DNA of 64,000 bases from Candidatus Rifleibacterium sp. (GTDB lineage: Bacteria; Muiribacteriota; Ozemobacteria; Ozemobacterales; Ozemobacteraceae): positions 9,419-73,418 of the forward strand of contig DAOSDJ010000014.1 of the NCBI GenBank assembly GCA_035362315.1, written 5' to 3'. Shown in pieces: positions 27,967-37,485 of the stretch. The notes beneath the pieces were generated by a model. It saw nothing but the letters and a program-made list of their open reading frames with translations, did no database searches and was not told where the DNA came from. A program made the translations under genes and the position numbers. The number at the start of each line of letters is the position of its first letter. Position 1 is the stretch's first letter.

Positions 27967-29148
27967 TTATTTGCGGCGGCCGATAAAGAGGCGCAGCGGC
28001 AGATGTATTCTCTGCTTCCAGGAGGCTTCAGAATGGCTGCCACCCGAAAATTCGCGATAAACCAGGCCTTTGAAGGCCGGGCATTTCTGTTTTACGGTTT
28101 CGGCGAGCTGACGACTGAATCTTATCGCCTCTTCGCCTTCGCGCGTGCCCATATCGGCCCAGATCTTGCCCTGCCATGACGCCAGATCATTCTGCAGCAG
28201 CCATTCTATTATGCCGCCATTGGCCCACCAGATCGAAGGCGACATGGCGATGATCCCCGAAAACACCTCTGGCCGCGAAACCCCGATGTAAAGTGATATC
28301 AGGCCACCGAGTGAAGAACCGCCGACGAAGGTATTGCGGCGATCTTTGAGAGTCCTGAAACTGCGATCAACAAGGGGCTTGAGCTCTTCGACAAGAAAAC
28401 GGGCATATTTTTCACCATTGCCACCCTTGTGCTTCGGGTCCGGAAAAGGCGTATACTCGCTCATGCGGTCAGCGGTGTTGCCGATTCCGACAACAATGGC
28501 ATCGTTCAGTTCACCACGGGCGATGCCTTCGTCCATGGCCTCGTCGATACCCCAGTCGACGCCGCCGAAAGAGGTGCCCGGGTCGAAGAGATTGCCACCG
28601 TCGTGCATGTAAATAACCGGGTAACGACGACTCGAACTGCCTGGCTTGTCATAGGAAGGCGGCAGCCAGACGATCACATCACGCGCCGGCGCCAGAAATG
28701 CCGATTTCACCTGGCGAAGAACTTTATAGTTTCCGGTTATCATTGGCGGCTGGTTTGCAGAACCGCTGCCGGCCTGATCTGACCAGGCTTCGACCACAGC
28801 ACGTTCGACCATCTTGTCGCCCTTGACCAGCAGGCGGCGATTCGGTCTTTCGAGCCCCTGCGCCGTCTTTTCGACAGTGGCGAAGCTGCCGCGGGTAAAC
28901 TTGAATTCGAGCACCGTTCCCGCGGGGATCTCGCCACGAAACTGGTGCAGCCCGGGGCCGGTTTCTTTCAGAGGCACGCCGGCGCCCGCCCATTCGGAAA
29001 GAAGCTCATGATTGCCGGTAATGCAGACCTTTTCGGCATCGGGGGTGACAGCCGGAACATTGACGACAATCGTCAATTCTGTTGCCAGAGCGGCCGATGC
29101 CGACATGAACAGAACCGCAAGCGCCAGATTTTTCAGGTGTTTCATCAT
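27967..29148 (-). CDS. secreted esterase (PF00756-like alpha/beta hydrolase) with N-terminal beta-sandwich domain
   Basis: RBS aagga. Signal peptide. YPVIYMHDGGNLFD and GGSSLGGLISLYIG (GxSxG). Confidence 0.75.
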   Translation of the reverse strand: MMKHLKNLALAVLFMSASAALATELTIVVNVPAVTPDAEKVCITGNHELLSEWAGAGVPLKETGPGLHQFRGEIPAGTVLEFKFTRGSFATVEKTAQGLERPNRRLLVKGDKMVERAVVEAWSDQAGSGSANQPPMITGNYKVLRQVKSAFLAPARDVIVWLPPSYDKPGSSSRRYPVIYMHDGGNLFDPGTSFGGVDWGIDEAMDEGIARGELNDAIVVGIGNTADRMSEYTPFPDPKHKGGNGEKYARFLVEELKPLVDRSFRTLKDRRNTFVGGSSLGGLISLYIGVSRPEVFSGIIAMSPSIWWANGGIIEWLLQNDLASWQGKIWADMGTREGEEAIRFSRQLAETVKQKCPAFKGLVYREFSGGSHSEASWKQRIHLPLRLFIGRRK

Positions 29149-29170
29149 TTCAGGTTTCCTTGTGCAATAA

Positions 29171-31087
29171 TCACTGCGTGGCATCGAGAATAAAGGTTTC
29201 AACACGCCTCAGAAGCTTGGTGGCCGCTTCGTCGTTGTCATGCACCACGCGGTGCTTGAGTGCATCGCGCATTGGCTTGAGATTGCCCGAAACAGAAAGA
29301 ATGAACGGGCGCCAGCGTTTCGTGAAGCTTTCTATTTTGGCAATGGCCATTTCAGCCCGCTGATACTCGCCGCCGCTGATTCCATCACAGACGATCTTCT
29401 GAACTTTGTTTACCGCCATTCTGAAAATATTGGCCTGGTTTTTCTGCTGAGTCGAATTCAGGCTTCCCTTCATGGCTTCGAGAGAGTTGTGCAGCAATTC
29501 AGTGTAATCGAGAAGACGGGTGAAATCTTCGATCTTTTCAGGGTTGAAAACCCATACGGTCGGATTGTTGCGCAGGGTCACGAACCTGTCGGAACCACCA
29601 CGTTCTGACACAGAGACCAGGACTGCATATTTCCCGGCAATTTCAGGGGCGGGAATCTGATTAAAGCGCAGCGACAAGCTTGATTTTGCCCCATTGCCCT
29701 GCAGGCCGGCGGTTTCGAGAATGAAGCCGTTACGGAAAAACCTGATTTTTTCGTCTTCGGTAGTATTGCGCTTGCCACGCAGCACTTCGACCGCACCGCG
29801 GCCAAGCCCGTCAACTTTCCAGCGAGCCGGATATTCGACTTTGATCTGGTCGATGTCGCGGCCATTGGCAAAAATATGCAGCTCGCCCATCGAGATCGGC
29901 TCGCCGGCAAAGGGCAGATCGGCGATCTGCATGAATGCGGCCGCATCGCTGAATTTTCCGAAGTATTCGGTGAATTCTTCGCGAAACATGCCGGCAATTT
30001 TTTTTGAGTGCAGAACCATGATGTTTTCATCGTTGGCGCGGTTACCGTTGGTAGAGGCGTTCTCCGAGCCGAGAACCACGCGCGGGTCCTTACCGTTGGA
30101 GTCGACCACAAAAACCTTGTGGTGAAATTTGCCTTCGTTTGGGTAGATTCTGACCGGAATACCGACCTCGGTCAGGTGTGAAAATTCGCCGAACGGGCCG
30201 GTGCTGCGGTAGAGCATGCGATCGAAAATGCCCTTAACATCGCAACCCGCTTTGAATTTTTTGATCAGCAGATCGCGAAGATCGTCAGCAGTAAAGGCAA
30301 ACTGCATAAAAAACACTTCTTTTTCGGCTTCAGAAATGGCCTCGGCAATGCGGGCATTCGGGTTATCTTCGGGTGCGAAAAATACTTCGATGTTGGTATC
30401 ATCGACTTTGACCATCTGACGCTCGGCATGGCGTGGCGAACTCGGGCCAAATGAGCGGTCGAAGAACATTTCTTTAAATTCGGCCGAGTAAATGGCGGCC
30501 AGCTCTTTAGACTTAACCTGAATGGCGTTGTTCGGGTTTTTGTAACTGCAGGTATCGGTGAGATTGAAGCTGCCGGTCCAGACAGATTCGCCATCGCGAA
30601 TACCGAATTTGTTGTGCATCAGGCTGGAGCGGTTGTTGTCATCTAAGACTTCAACGCCGGCAGCCAGAAGTCTGGCAATAAAAGGGTTGAGTTCAGGTTG
30701 AACCGGCTGAGCGCCATTGCGACGGGCCGGAGCCTTTATCGGGTGCGGTGTCAGCGAATCGACATCGTCCTGGGTTGCCGGATCGGGCGGCAGAAAGTAG
30801 TAGTTGTTGTCAACGACCAGCTTAACGTCAACGCCGCGTTTCTTCGCGCGAATGAAGGCATCGACAACCGAATCGAGACGAATTTCGAAAAAAGCTCCGT
30901 GCAGAGTTTTTCTGGCGCCATCGACGAATTTGATAAACTCAGTATCCAGGCCGGTTTCGCCCCGTTTAGAAGGGCCAAAGCCGATGCTGATATTTGGCGA
31001 CACCTGAGTCATCGGCCCGGCCATAACATCAGAAGGAGCAAAGCAGCCTGCAACCGCCAGCGAAAGGGCAAGAAAATATCTGCGCAT
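29171..31087 (-). CDS. secreted phospholipase D-family (two HKD motifs) protein
   Basis: RBS ggaggc. Signal peptide. HNKFGIRDGESVWTGSFNLTD and HHKVFVVDSNGKDPRVVLGSENAS HKD motifs. Confidence 0.75.
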   Translation of the reverse strand: MRRYFLALSLAVAGCFAPSDVMAGPMTQVSPNISIGFGPSKRGETGLDTEFIKFVDGARKTLHGAFFEIRLDSVVDAFIRAKKRGVDVKLVVDNNYYFLPPDPATQDDVDSLTPHPIKAPARRNGAQPVQPELNPFIARLLAAGVEVLDDNNRSSLMHNKFGIRDGESVWTGSFNLTDTCSYKNPNNAIQVKSKELAAIYSAEFKEMFFDRSFGPSSPRHAERQMVKVDDTNIEVFFAPEDNPNARIAEAISEAEKEVFFMQFAFTADDLRDLLIKKFKAGCDVKGIFDRMLYRSTGPFGEFSHLTEVGIPVRIYPNEGKFHHKVFVVDSNGKDPRVVLGSENASTNGNRANDENIMVLHSKKIAGMFREEFTEYFGKFSDAAAFMQIADLPFAGEPISMGELHIFANGRDIDQIKVEYPARWKVDGLGRGAVEVLRGKRNTTEDEKIRFFRNGFILETAGLQGNGAKSSLSLRFNQIPAPEIAGKYAVLVSVSERGGSDRFVTLRNNPTVWVFNPEKIEDFTRLLDYTELLHNSLEAMKGSLNSTQQKNQANIFRMAVNKVQKIVCDGISGGEYQRAEMAIAKIESFTKRWRPFILSVSGNLKPMRDALKHRVVHDNDEAATKLLRRVETFILDATQ

Positions 31088-31232
31088 AAAAGCCTCCACC
31101 CCAGAATACTACCTGAGCCATTAATTATACTGACAGAGAGAAATTGCGCAATCGGCAGTCGTAAGAAGCAGGTCAGACACACTAAAACGCCTTAATATTG
31201 GCAATTGGGGCAAAAGATACATGCCATAAGCA

Positions 31233-32384
31233 TCAGCGGGGTATTTTAACGGCCACCATCGTCAGGTCATCAAAAAATGGGCCCGGAACGACGAAACGGC
31301 GGTAATCTTCGAGCAGTGACTCGACGAACTGCCGGGCATCGCAATCAGCCAGACGAGAGACGCAGCGCATCAGCTCGGCCTCACCGAACGATTCTTTTGC
31401 GGCATTGCGGCCATCCCAGAGGCCGTCAGAATAAAACAGAATAATATCACCCGGCGCAAAAGTCAGACAGCTCTGCTCGAAAGGCCGCCTGAACGGCAGG
31501 CCGACCGGGCCGCCATTTCCTTTAACCTCACGCCAGACCTTTTCTGCGGCAGAATACCAAAGAACCGGCGCATGCCCGGCATCGACGAAGGTCATCAGTT
31601 GCTGCGACATATCAAAGCTGGCATACATCATGGTGATAAATTTCTGAACCTGATTCAGCCCTGATTCCATTACATGCCTGAAAGAATTCATTATTTTAGC
31701 CGGCTCAAGGTCACGGGTTTCATCACGCAATGAAAGCTGCCAGAGCACCCGCGCCAGCTGGTTGCGGGCACCGGCACCGACCATGGCGGCGTGCAGTCCC
31801 TTGCCCATGACATCGCCGACTACCAGGTCGAAGCGATTATCGTTGAACCTGAAAAAATCGATAAAATCGCCATCGACATCTTTTGAAGGCACGGTAACCG
31901 CCGCAATATCAAGGCCGTTGACTTCAGCCGGCACCTTTTCCATCAGCAGTGTACTCTGAATTTCGCCGGCAATGACGAGTTCCTGCTGATGCGCTTCTTT
32001 TTCGAGCTGCTGCAGGCGATACTGGCGATAGGCTTCGTGCAGCAGGCGATTGAGCTGTTCAAGCTGGCAGGGCTTGGTAATGAAACGAAAAATATTGCCT
32101 TCGTTCACCGCTTTGGTGGCAATGTGAAAGTCGCCTTCACCGGTCAGCATCATGCGCACGCTTTCTGGCGACAATGCAATGGTTCTGGCAAGAAAAGCGA
32201 TGCCATCCATGCGCGGCATATTGAAATCGGCAACGATAACGGGAAACGGGCCATGCTGTTCGACAGCCCGCAAAGCTTCTTCACCGCTCAGAGCGGTTAC
32301 CAGCTCCCAGTCTTTGCGCAGCCCGCGGCTGTAAGAGTGAATGATATTGGGTTCGTCGTCAACGAAGAGAACTTTTGGCTTCAT
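31233..32384 (-). CDS. response regulator with PP2C/SpoIIE-type serine phosphatase output domain
   Basis: REC domain (VLFVDDE...VIVADFNMPRMDG). PP2C motifs GDVMGKGLHAAM ... ILFYSDGL. Confidence 0.8.
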   Translation of the reverse strand: MKPKVLFVDDEPNIIHSYSRGLRKDWELVTALSGEEALRAVEQHGPFPVIVADFNMPRMDGIAFLARTIALSPESVRMMLTGEGDFHIATKAVNEGNIFRFITKPCQLEQLNRLLHEAYRQYRLQQLEKEAHQQELVIAGEIQSTLLMEKVPAEVNGLDIAAVTVPSKDVDGDFIDFFRFNDNRFDLVVGDVMGKGLHAAMVGAGARNQLARVLWQLSLRDETRDLEPAKIMNSFRHVMESGLNQVQKFITMMYASFDMSQQLMTFVDAGHAPVLWYSAAEKVWREVKGNGGPVGLPFRRPFEQSCLTFAPGDIILFYSDGLWDGRNAAKESFGEAELMRCVSRLADCDARQFVESLLEDYRRFVVPGPFFDDLTMVAVKIPR

Positions 32385-33598
32385 CAGGCTGCTTCCCTGT
32401 TGCTTTCAAGATAGAGAACTCCGGCCCGCTTTTTCCAGGCATCGAAAAGCCTTTTGACGTGCACTTCGGCGGCGATACCAGGGTCGATGACCGCCGCCTC
32501 ACCTGCCGCCATGCACAAAAAGGCATTTGCCAGGTGAGTAGCAACCAGCACGGTCGATTTTTCGAGTTTCAGCTGGCCGGGCCGGTGGTGGCAGGCAACG
32601 GCCTCGACAACCGGATCGGGCAGACCCCAGAGGCCAAGAAGGTAGGCCCCGATCTCTGCGTGAGAGACGCCGAAGGTTTTGTATTCAGCTTCAGAAAATT
32701 CTTTTTCGGAATTACCCGACATCGGCTGCAGCACCCGGCTAAAATAGCGCGGATGATCGAGCAGCAGCAGTTTGCCGACGTCGTGCAGCATGCCGGCAAG
32801 GAAGGCGTCTTCCTGGACACTTGGCGGGGAATTCAGATTGGTGGCGATTTCGCGACTCAAGCGCGCCGTCAGAGAGCTGTGCAGCCAGAGCTTATCGAGT
32901 GACAGGCCGGGCATGATGATGTCGGGGGCCGCAAAAAAGAGCTTCACATAGCATACAAGCGATTTGATGACGTTGATGCCGAGAAGAACCACCGCTGTCT
33001 GCGGGTTTGAAACCTGGCGCGGCAGGCCAAAAAATGCCGAATTGACCAGATGCAGCACTCTGCCGGTCATCGATACATCGCGGGCGATAATTTCGCCAAT
33101 TTCACTGAGTGATATCAATGGCGACTCAACCGCCCGCACCAGTTCATGATAAAGTTGCGGCAGACTCGGCAGATACGGAATGCCGCTGATTATTTCAAGA
33201 AGCTCGCGGCTGTTGAGCAGGCGTCGCAGGCTGCCCGCCTTTTCGATCTGTTCGAGCAGAATCTCGCCTTTGCAGGGCTTTGCGAGAAAACGGTGTGCTG
33301 ACTGTGTCGATCTGAGAATCACTTCGGATTCGCCATCGGGCTCACTCGAAAGAACGATGCGGATAACCTCAGGGTAAGCCACCTGCACGGCCTTTAAAAG
33401 ATCAGAACCGTCTTCAAGCTTCATATTCAGTTCTGAGACAACGACTTCAGGACGGTAAAGGGTAATCTTGTTCATGGCCTCGCGTGCCGAAACCGCAAAC
33501 AGCAGGTTCCAGTCAGGCCTCAGAGCCCTGATCATGCGTCGATGCCCATCATGCACCTTCTGATCAGGGTCGGCGAACAGAATACTGTATGTTTTCAC
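32384..33598 (-). CDS. response regulator with HDOD domain
   Basis: REC (ILFADPD...VVVSELNMKLEDG). HDOD (GMLHDVGKLLL). Confidence 0.8.
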   Translation of the reverse strand: MKTYSILFADPDQKVHDGHRRMIRALRPDWNLLFAVSAREAMNKITLYRPEVVVSELNMKLEDGSDLLKAVQVAYPEVIRIVLSSEPDGESEVILRSTQSAHRFLAKPCKGEILLEQIEKAGSLRRLLNSRELLEIISGIPYLPSLPQLYHELVRAVESPLISLSEIGEIIARDVSMTGRVLHLVNSAFFGLPRQVSNPQTAVVLLGINVIKSLVCYVKLFFAAPDIIMPGLSLDKLWLHSSLTARLSREIATNLNSPPSVQEDAFLAGMLHDVGKLLLLDHPRYFSRVLQPMSGNSEKEFSEAEYKTFGVSHAEIGAYLLGLWGLPDPVVEAVACHHRPGQLKLEKSTVLVATHLANAFLCMAAGEAAVIDPGIAAEVHVKRLFDAWKKRAGVLYLESNREAA

Positions 33599-33613
33599 GC
33601 TTCCTCCGCGGCT

Positions 33614-34507
33614 TTACAGATCTTTTTCATTGCGCCGGTGCGGCAGCAGAATTCTGAAGGTTACACCACACTGCGGCTCTGAAACAACACTGACACAGCC
33701 ACCGTGAGCTTCTTCGACTATCTTTCTGACAAGGCTCAAGCCAAGCCCGGTACCTTTGCCGGCAGGTTTGGTTGTAAAATCCGGTTCAAAGATCTTTGCC
33801 AGGTTTTCTGGCGGAATACCGGGCCCGTCGTCGGCAATTTCGATTTCGATACGGTCACCGGCAGCACGACTGCTGATTCTGATGTTACCGCGGCGGTAAG
33901 TGCCGGCAGCAATCTTCTCGCCAATCGCATGGGCAGAATTGACGATCAGGTTGAGCAGCACCTGATGCAGTTCATCGCGTGATCCGTAAATATATGGCAG
34001 GTCGCCGGCAAGGTCTGAATGCAGGTCTGCCAGGCGCTTCCATTCGTGCCGCGAGATGGTGCAGACCGTATCGATGCATTTATTAACATCTATCAAAGTG
34101 AATTCATGCAGCGAGGGGTGCGAAAAATCTTTCAATGCCAGAACCAGTCGCGAAACCATGTCGATACCTTCGAGCGATTGCTGCAGAGCATCAGCAAGTT
34201 CGGCCTGCAGGTATTCAGATTCGCTTTCAGATTCAATTTCGCTGAGCTCCTGCCAGTCGTGAGCTGACGGCATTCTGCCGGCTCTGGCGGTTTCGACGAG
34301 TTTTTTGTAACCATTGATCAACCGGATCAGATCATTGAACGATGACTTCATGAAGGTCAGATTGTTTTCAAGATAATGCATCGGAGTGTTGATCTCGTGC
34401 GTAATGCCAGAAATCAGCGCCCCGAGCATCTCAAGCTTTTTCTCTTCTGCCCGGGCATTGGCATCGGCAACCGACGGCGCTGCCATCTGCTGTTGTTCAG
34501 CCATCAT
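33614..34507 (-). CDS. soluble sensor histidine kinase (HisKA + HATPase_c)
   Basis: H-box ISGITHEINTPMHY. G2 box GTGLGLSLVRKIV. No TM segments. Confidence 0.8.
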   Translation of the reverse strand: MMAEQQQMAAPSVADANARAEEKKLEMLGALISGITHEINTPMHYLENNLTFMKSSFNDLIRLINGYKKLVETARAGRMPSAHDWQELSEIESESESEYLQAELADALQQSLEGIDMVSRLVLALKDFSHPSLHEFTLIDVNKCIDTVCTISRHEWKRLADLHSDLAGDLPYIYGSRDELHQVLLNLIVNSAHAIGEKIAAGTYRRGNIRISSRAAGDRIEIEIADDGPGIPPENLAKIFEPDFTTKPAGKGTGLGLSLVRKIVEEAHGGCVSVVSEPQCGVTFRILLPHRRNEKDL

Positions 34508-34566
34508 TAACCTCGATCAAAGATTCTGTAAAAAACTCATCGGGTTGATTATAACATGCAGCGTAA

Positions 34567-36894
34567 CTACAGATTATCCGGCATATCCGGCATATCCGCC
34601 AGAGTCATTGCCTGCAGCTTGCGCCAGCCCTTTTCGACAATTGCCGACCAGAGATCTTTCTCGGGTTGGCAATTGTTTTCGAGGTAGGTTTTAACCAGCA
34701 GCGACATCGCAAACTTTTCTTTGTCAGCTGGCGCGAGACCAGCCGGCGCCAGTGCCAGCTGTGCCGCAAAGTCGGCTTCACTGGCAGCGATAAGACTGAG
34801 AAGCTTTTCAGAGTGTTTGAACAAGCCATCTGAGCCGGCAAATACCAGGATTTCAACGATTCTGTCTTCTTTGCCGGCCGGGGCCGACGGAACAAACGGC
34901 ATTTCAATTGCAGATTTTGCGACCCGATCGGCACCAGTCCCGGAAGGCATCGAGCGACTGACCGGCGCAGAGTAGCATTTGCCCGAGTCTTCATTAAGAC
35001 TGCGCAAAATCGCCGGGGCCGGCGAAATACAGGCCACAAAAGAATCAGCAAGATAATTGCAGCACCGCGAAATGATGCCACCGCCAGCAACGCTGCCCAT
35101 AAAATCGCGACCGGCCGGCACCATAACCGGGATACGCCGCAGCTCGACCCGACCATCATTCTTTTCGCTTTTGCAGCGCTCTTCTATCCCTATGTAACTG
35201 GTTTTCGAGCAGATGATGCCGTATTCTTTCGACATTTCGATCATTTCAGCATCGGCATTCTTTGCTTTCTTTCGATTCTGATGACTACCCGAAGCAGTCT
35301 TTGCTTCGCCATTGTCGAGCATTTCGATGTATTTCTGCGCCCACCACAGTGCCGGAACGCTGCCGACTGACGACCGCGGCGCTTCGGCCGTATAAACCAG
35401 CTTTTTTGCACCACACATTGCCGAAAGAGTTACCTTCAGATCGGATGGCAATGGCTTGCCAGACTCTGCCCGGGCGGCAAACCGTATCACCTCACCAGAA
35501 AACAGCCTATTGAAGGACAACGGAGCACTCTCAAGTCCTCCACAGCTCCAGTCAGCGGTTATTTCTGAAAGAATCGGCGCCGATAGCCGTTTGAACTGAC
35601 GCAGCACCTTTGGCTCGATGCGTTCGCCCGGAAAAACAAACTCGGCGGCACCACCACTGCGATCGGCAACCCCACGCACCAGCGATTCGCTGACGCCATT
35701 GCCGATACCGAACGAAAATACCCGGCAACGGCTGCGACTGCTGACCGCAAAGTCGATCACTTCTTTTTCGTTACCGACTTCACCGTCGGTAAAAAGCACC
35801 AGACTGGCAAATTCGGTCTGCAGGCCTTCAACAGCAACCTGCATGGCCGGCAGAATCTCAGTGCCGCCCATATCAGCCCCGATGCCAGAAATCAGGCGGG
35901 TAGCTTCTTCCAGCGACTGGTCATGTAAAACCTGCGGCTTTTTGAAAAGGCGCCTGAAGCTGCTGCCAAAGCAGACAATCTGAAAATAATCGCCCTCATT
36001 CAAAGATCTGACACAAAGCTGCAGAGCATTAACCGCCTCTCGAATCGAATCACCCTGCATTGACCCCGAGCAATCGACCACAAAAACGACTTCTTTCGGC
36101 GCCGCCGGCTCTTCGGTCTCGATTTCGGGAAAAAGTTCGACCAGCAGATGCTCACGGCCGTTGAAAACACAGTGCGTAACAGACGGTTTGATTTTTTCGG
36201 CCAACGAGAAGGTGACCACAATATCTTTATCAGGCATTACCGAAGCCTGTGCAAGACACACATCGGCCTCATTCTGACCCAGTTCAACTCTGATCGGGTG
36301 ACTCGGTGACTCTACGGTGCGCAGCGCCGAATTCTGCATTACCTTGAGATTGAAACTGAAGCCATAAGGAACCCGTGCGGCATAATCGGGAGTGATTCTC
36401 TCCCACTCAGACATCTCGGCAGCACTCGCGGCCGGAAAATATCTGGGCACGATCACCACCGGAAAAGAAACTCTTGCTGAATCTGCCTGAGCCTCGAGCA
36501 GCTGAAACATGCCCAGCTGAATTTCAACCTGCTGGCCGGGCAGAAGGTTGCCAAGACTCATTACAAAAAGATCCGGGCGTTCCTGGTCGAGCAAAAAAGC
36601 TCCATCGCCCTCGCTTATTGCTTCGTCATACTTTTCGAACGCCTTCTCACGTTCTTCGGCAACCGCAGTAATAACCCGATCGCCGGTAAGGATTCTAAGA
36701 GAGCCCAGAGTTGCCCCTGCGGGCAGCGGAAAGGAAAACACCGCTTCAATCGCTTTTTTTTCGTTATTGGTGAAACGCTGGGTTATCTGCCAGCTCACCG
36801 AAAGGCCGTTTACCACACCCTTTACGGCTACCGCCTGCAACGGAACAAGCCTGTCGTTGGTTTTGTCGTGCAATGAACAGTAAATATTACTCAT
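34567..36894 (-). CDS. VIT + von Willebrand factor A (vWA) domain protein
   Basis: RBS gggagagg. N-terminal VIT-like region. vWA MIDAS VFVVDCSGSM ... SFGIGNG. Start set at MSNIY..., which removes the overlap with merR. Confidence 0.7.
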   Translation of the reverse strand: MSNIYCSLHDKTNDRLVPLQAVAVKGVVNGLSVSWQITQRFTNNEKKAIEAVFSFPLPAGATLGSLRILTGDRVITAVAEEREKAFEKYDEAISEGDGAFLLDQERPDLFVMSLGNLLPGQQVEIQLGMFQLLEAQADSARVSFPVVIVPRYFPAASAAEMSEWERITPDYAARVPYGFSFNLKVMQNSALRTVESPSHPIRVELGQNEADVCLAQASVMPDKDIVVTFSLAEKIKPSVTHCVFNGREHLLVELFPEIETEEPAAPKEVVFVVDCSGSMQGDSIREAVNALQLCVRSLNEGDYFQIVCFGSSFRRLFKKPQVLHDQSLEEATRLISGIGADMGGTEILPAMQVAVEGLQTEFASLVLFTDGEVGNEKEVIDFAVSSRSRCRVFSFGIGNGVSESLVRGVADRSGGAAEFVFPGERIEPKVLRQFKRLSAPILSEITADWSCGGLESAPLSFNRLFSGEVIRFAARAESGKPLPSDLKVTLSAMCGAKKLVYTAEAPRSSVGSVPALWWAQKYIEMLDNGEAKTASGSHQNRKKAKNADAEMIEMSKEYGIICSKTSYIGIEERCKSEKNDGRVELRRIPVMVPAGRDFMGSVAGGGIISRCCNYLADSFVACISPAPAILRSLNEDSGKCYSAPVSRSMPSGTGADRVAKSAIEMPFVPSAPAGKEDRIVEILVFAGSDGLFKHSEKLLSLIAASEADFAAQLALAPAGLAPADKEKFAMSLLVKTYLENNCQPEKDLWSAIVEKGWRKLQAMTLADMPDMPDNL

Positions 36895-37297
36895 CAGAAA
36901 CCTCTCCCTGGGTTGAATTTGTGCCAAACAGCTGATGAACGAACTTCTGCAGTTTTCTGATTCGGGCCGGGGTCACCGGATAAACGCCCCCCTGAATATT
37001 CAGTTCGATACCCGGGCCGACCTCGATGCGAACCCAGGCAGTCGGCAACGGGTAAGCCGCAGAATCGGGCTCATTCTTGCCACGCAGCTGCCCGGCCACT
37101 TCTTCGAGACTGAGATTGTTTTCTTTGAGGGTTTTTATGCGCAACAGGTCACGCAGATGGTCTTCGGTGTAGTAATGGCCGCGCCCGGCGCCCAGAGGCG
37201 GCTGCAGCAGACCATTCTGCACGTAAAACCTGATGGTTCGGCGGCTGACGCCGCTCAATTCAGCGAGCTGCCCGATATTTATCTTTTTTTCTTCCAT
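36887..37297 (-). CDS. MerR-family transcriptional regulator
   Basis: NIGQLAELSGVSRRTIRFYVQNGLL is a MerR HTH. Confidence 0.8.
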   Translation of the reverse strand: MEEKKINIGQLAELSGVSRRTIRFYVQNGLLQPPLGAGRGHYYTEDHLRDLLRIKTLKENNLSLEEVAGQLRGKNEPDSAAYPLPTAWVRIEVGPGIELNIQGGVYPVTPARIRKLQKFVHQLFGTNSTQGEVSDE

Positions 37298-37485
37298 AAC
37301 CAGAATATAATCACTTTTTCGACATCTGTCAATATGACACTTACTGTATAAATAATTTCACTTGTGGTGCAGTCGCCATAAATGCCTTATAATTAACAGA
37401 AAGAAGCAGAGAACTGGATCGAAAAAAACATGATTCAAACCACATCACCAGATCTGCAGACAGGGCTTTTACCAGACAAGGTACA

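Noticed and set aside
34605-35159. 184-aa minus ORF overlapping the VIT-vWA gene in another frame
   Set aside because: Arg/Trp/Leu-rich junk translation. It sits on the same strand as, but out of frame with, the well-supported vWA protein.
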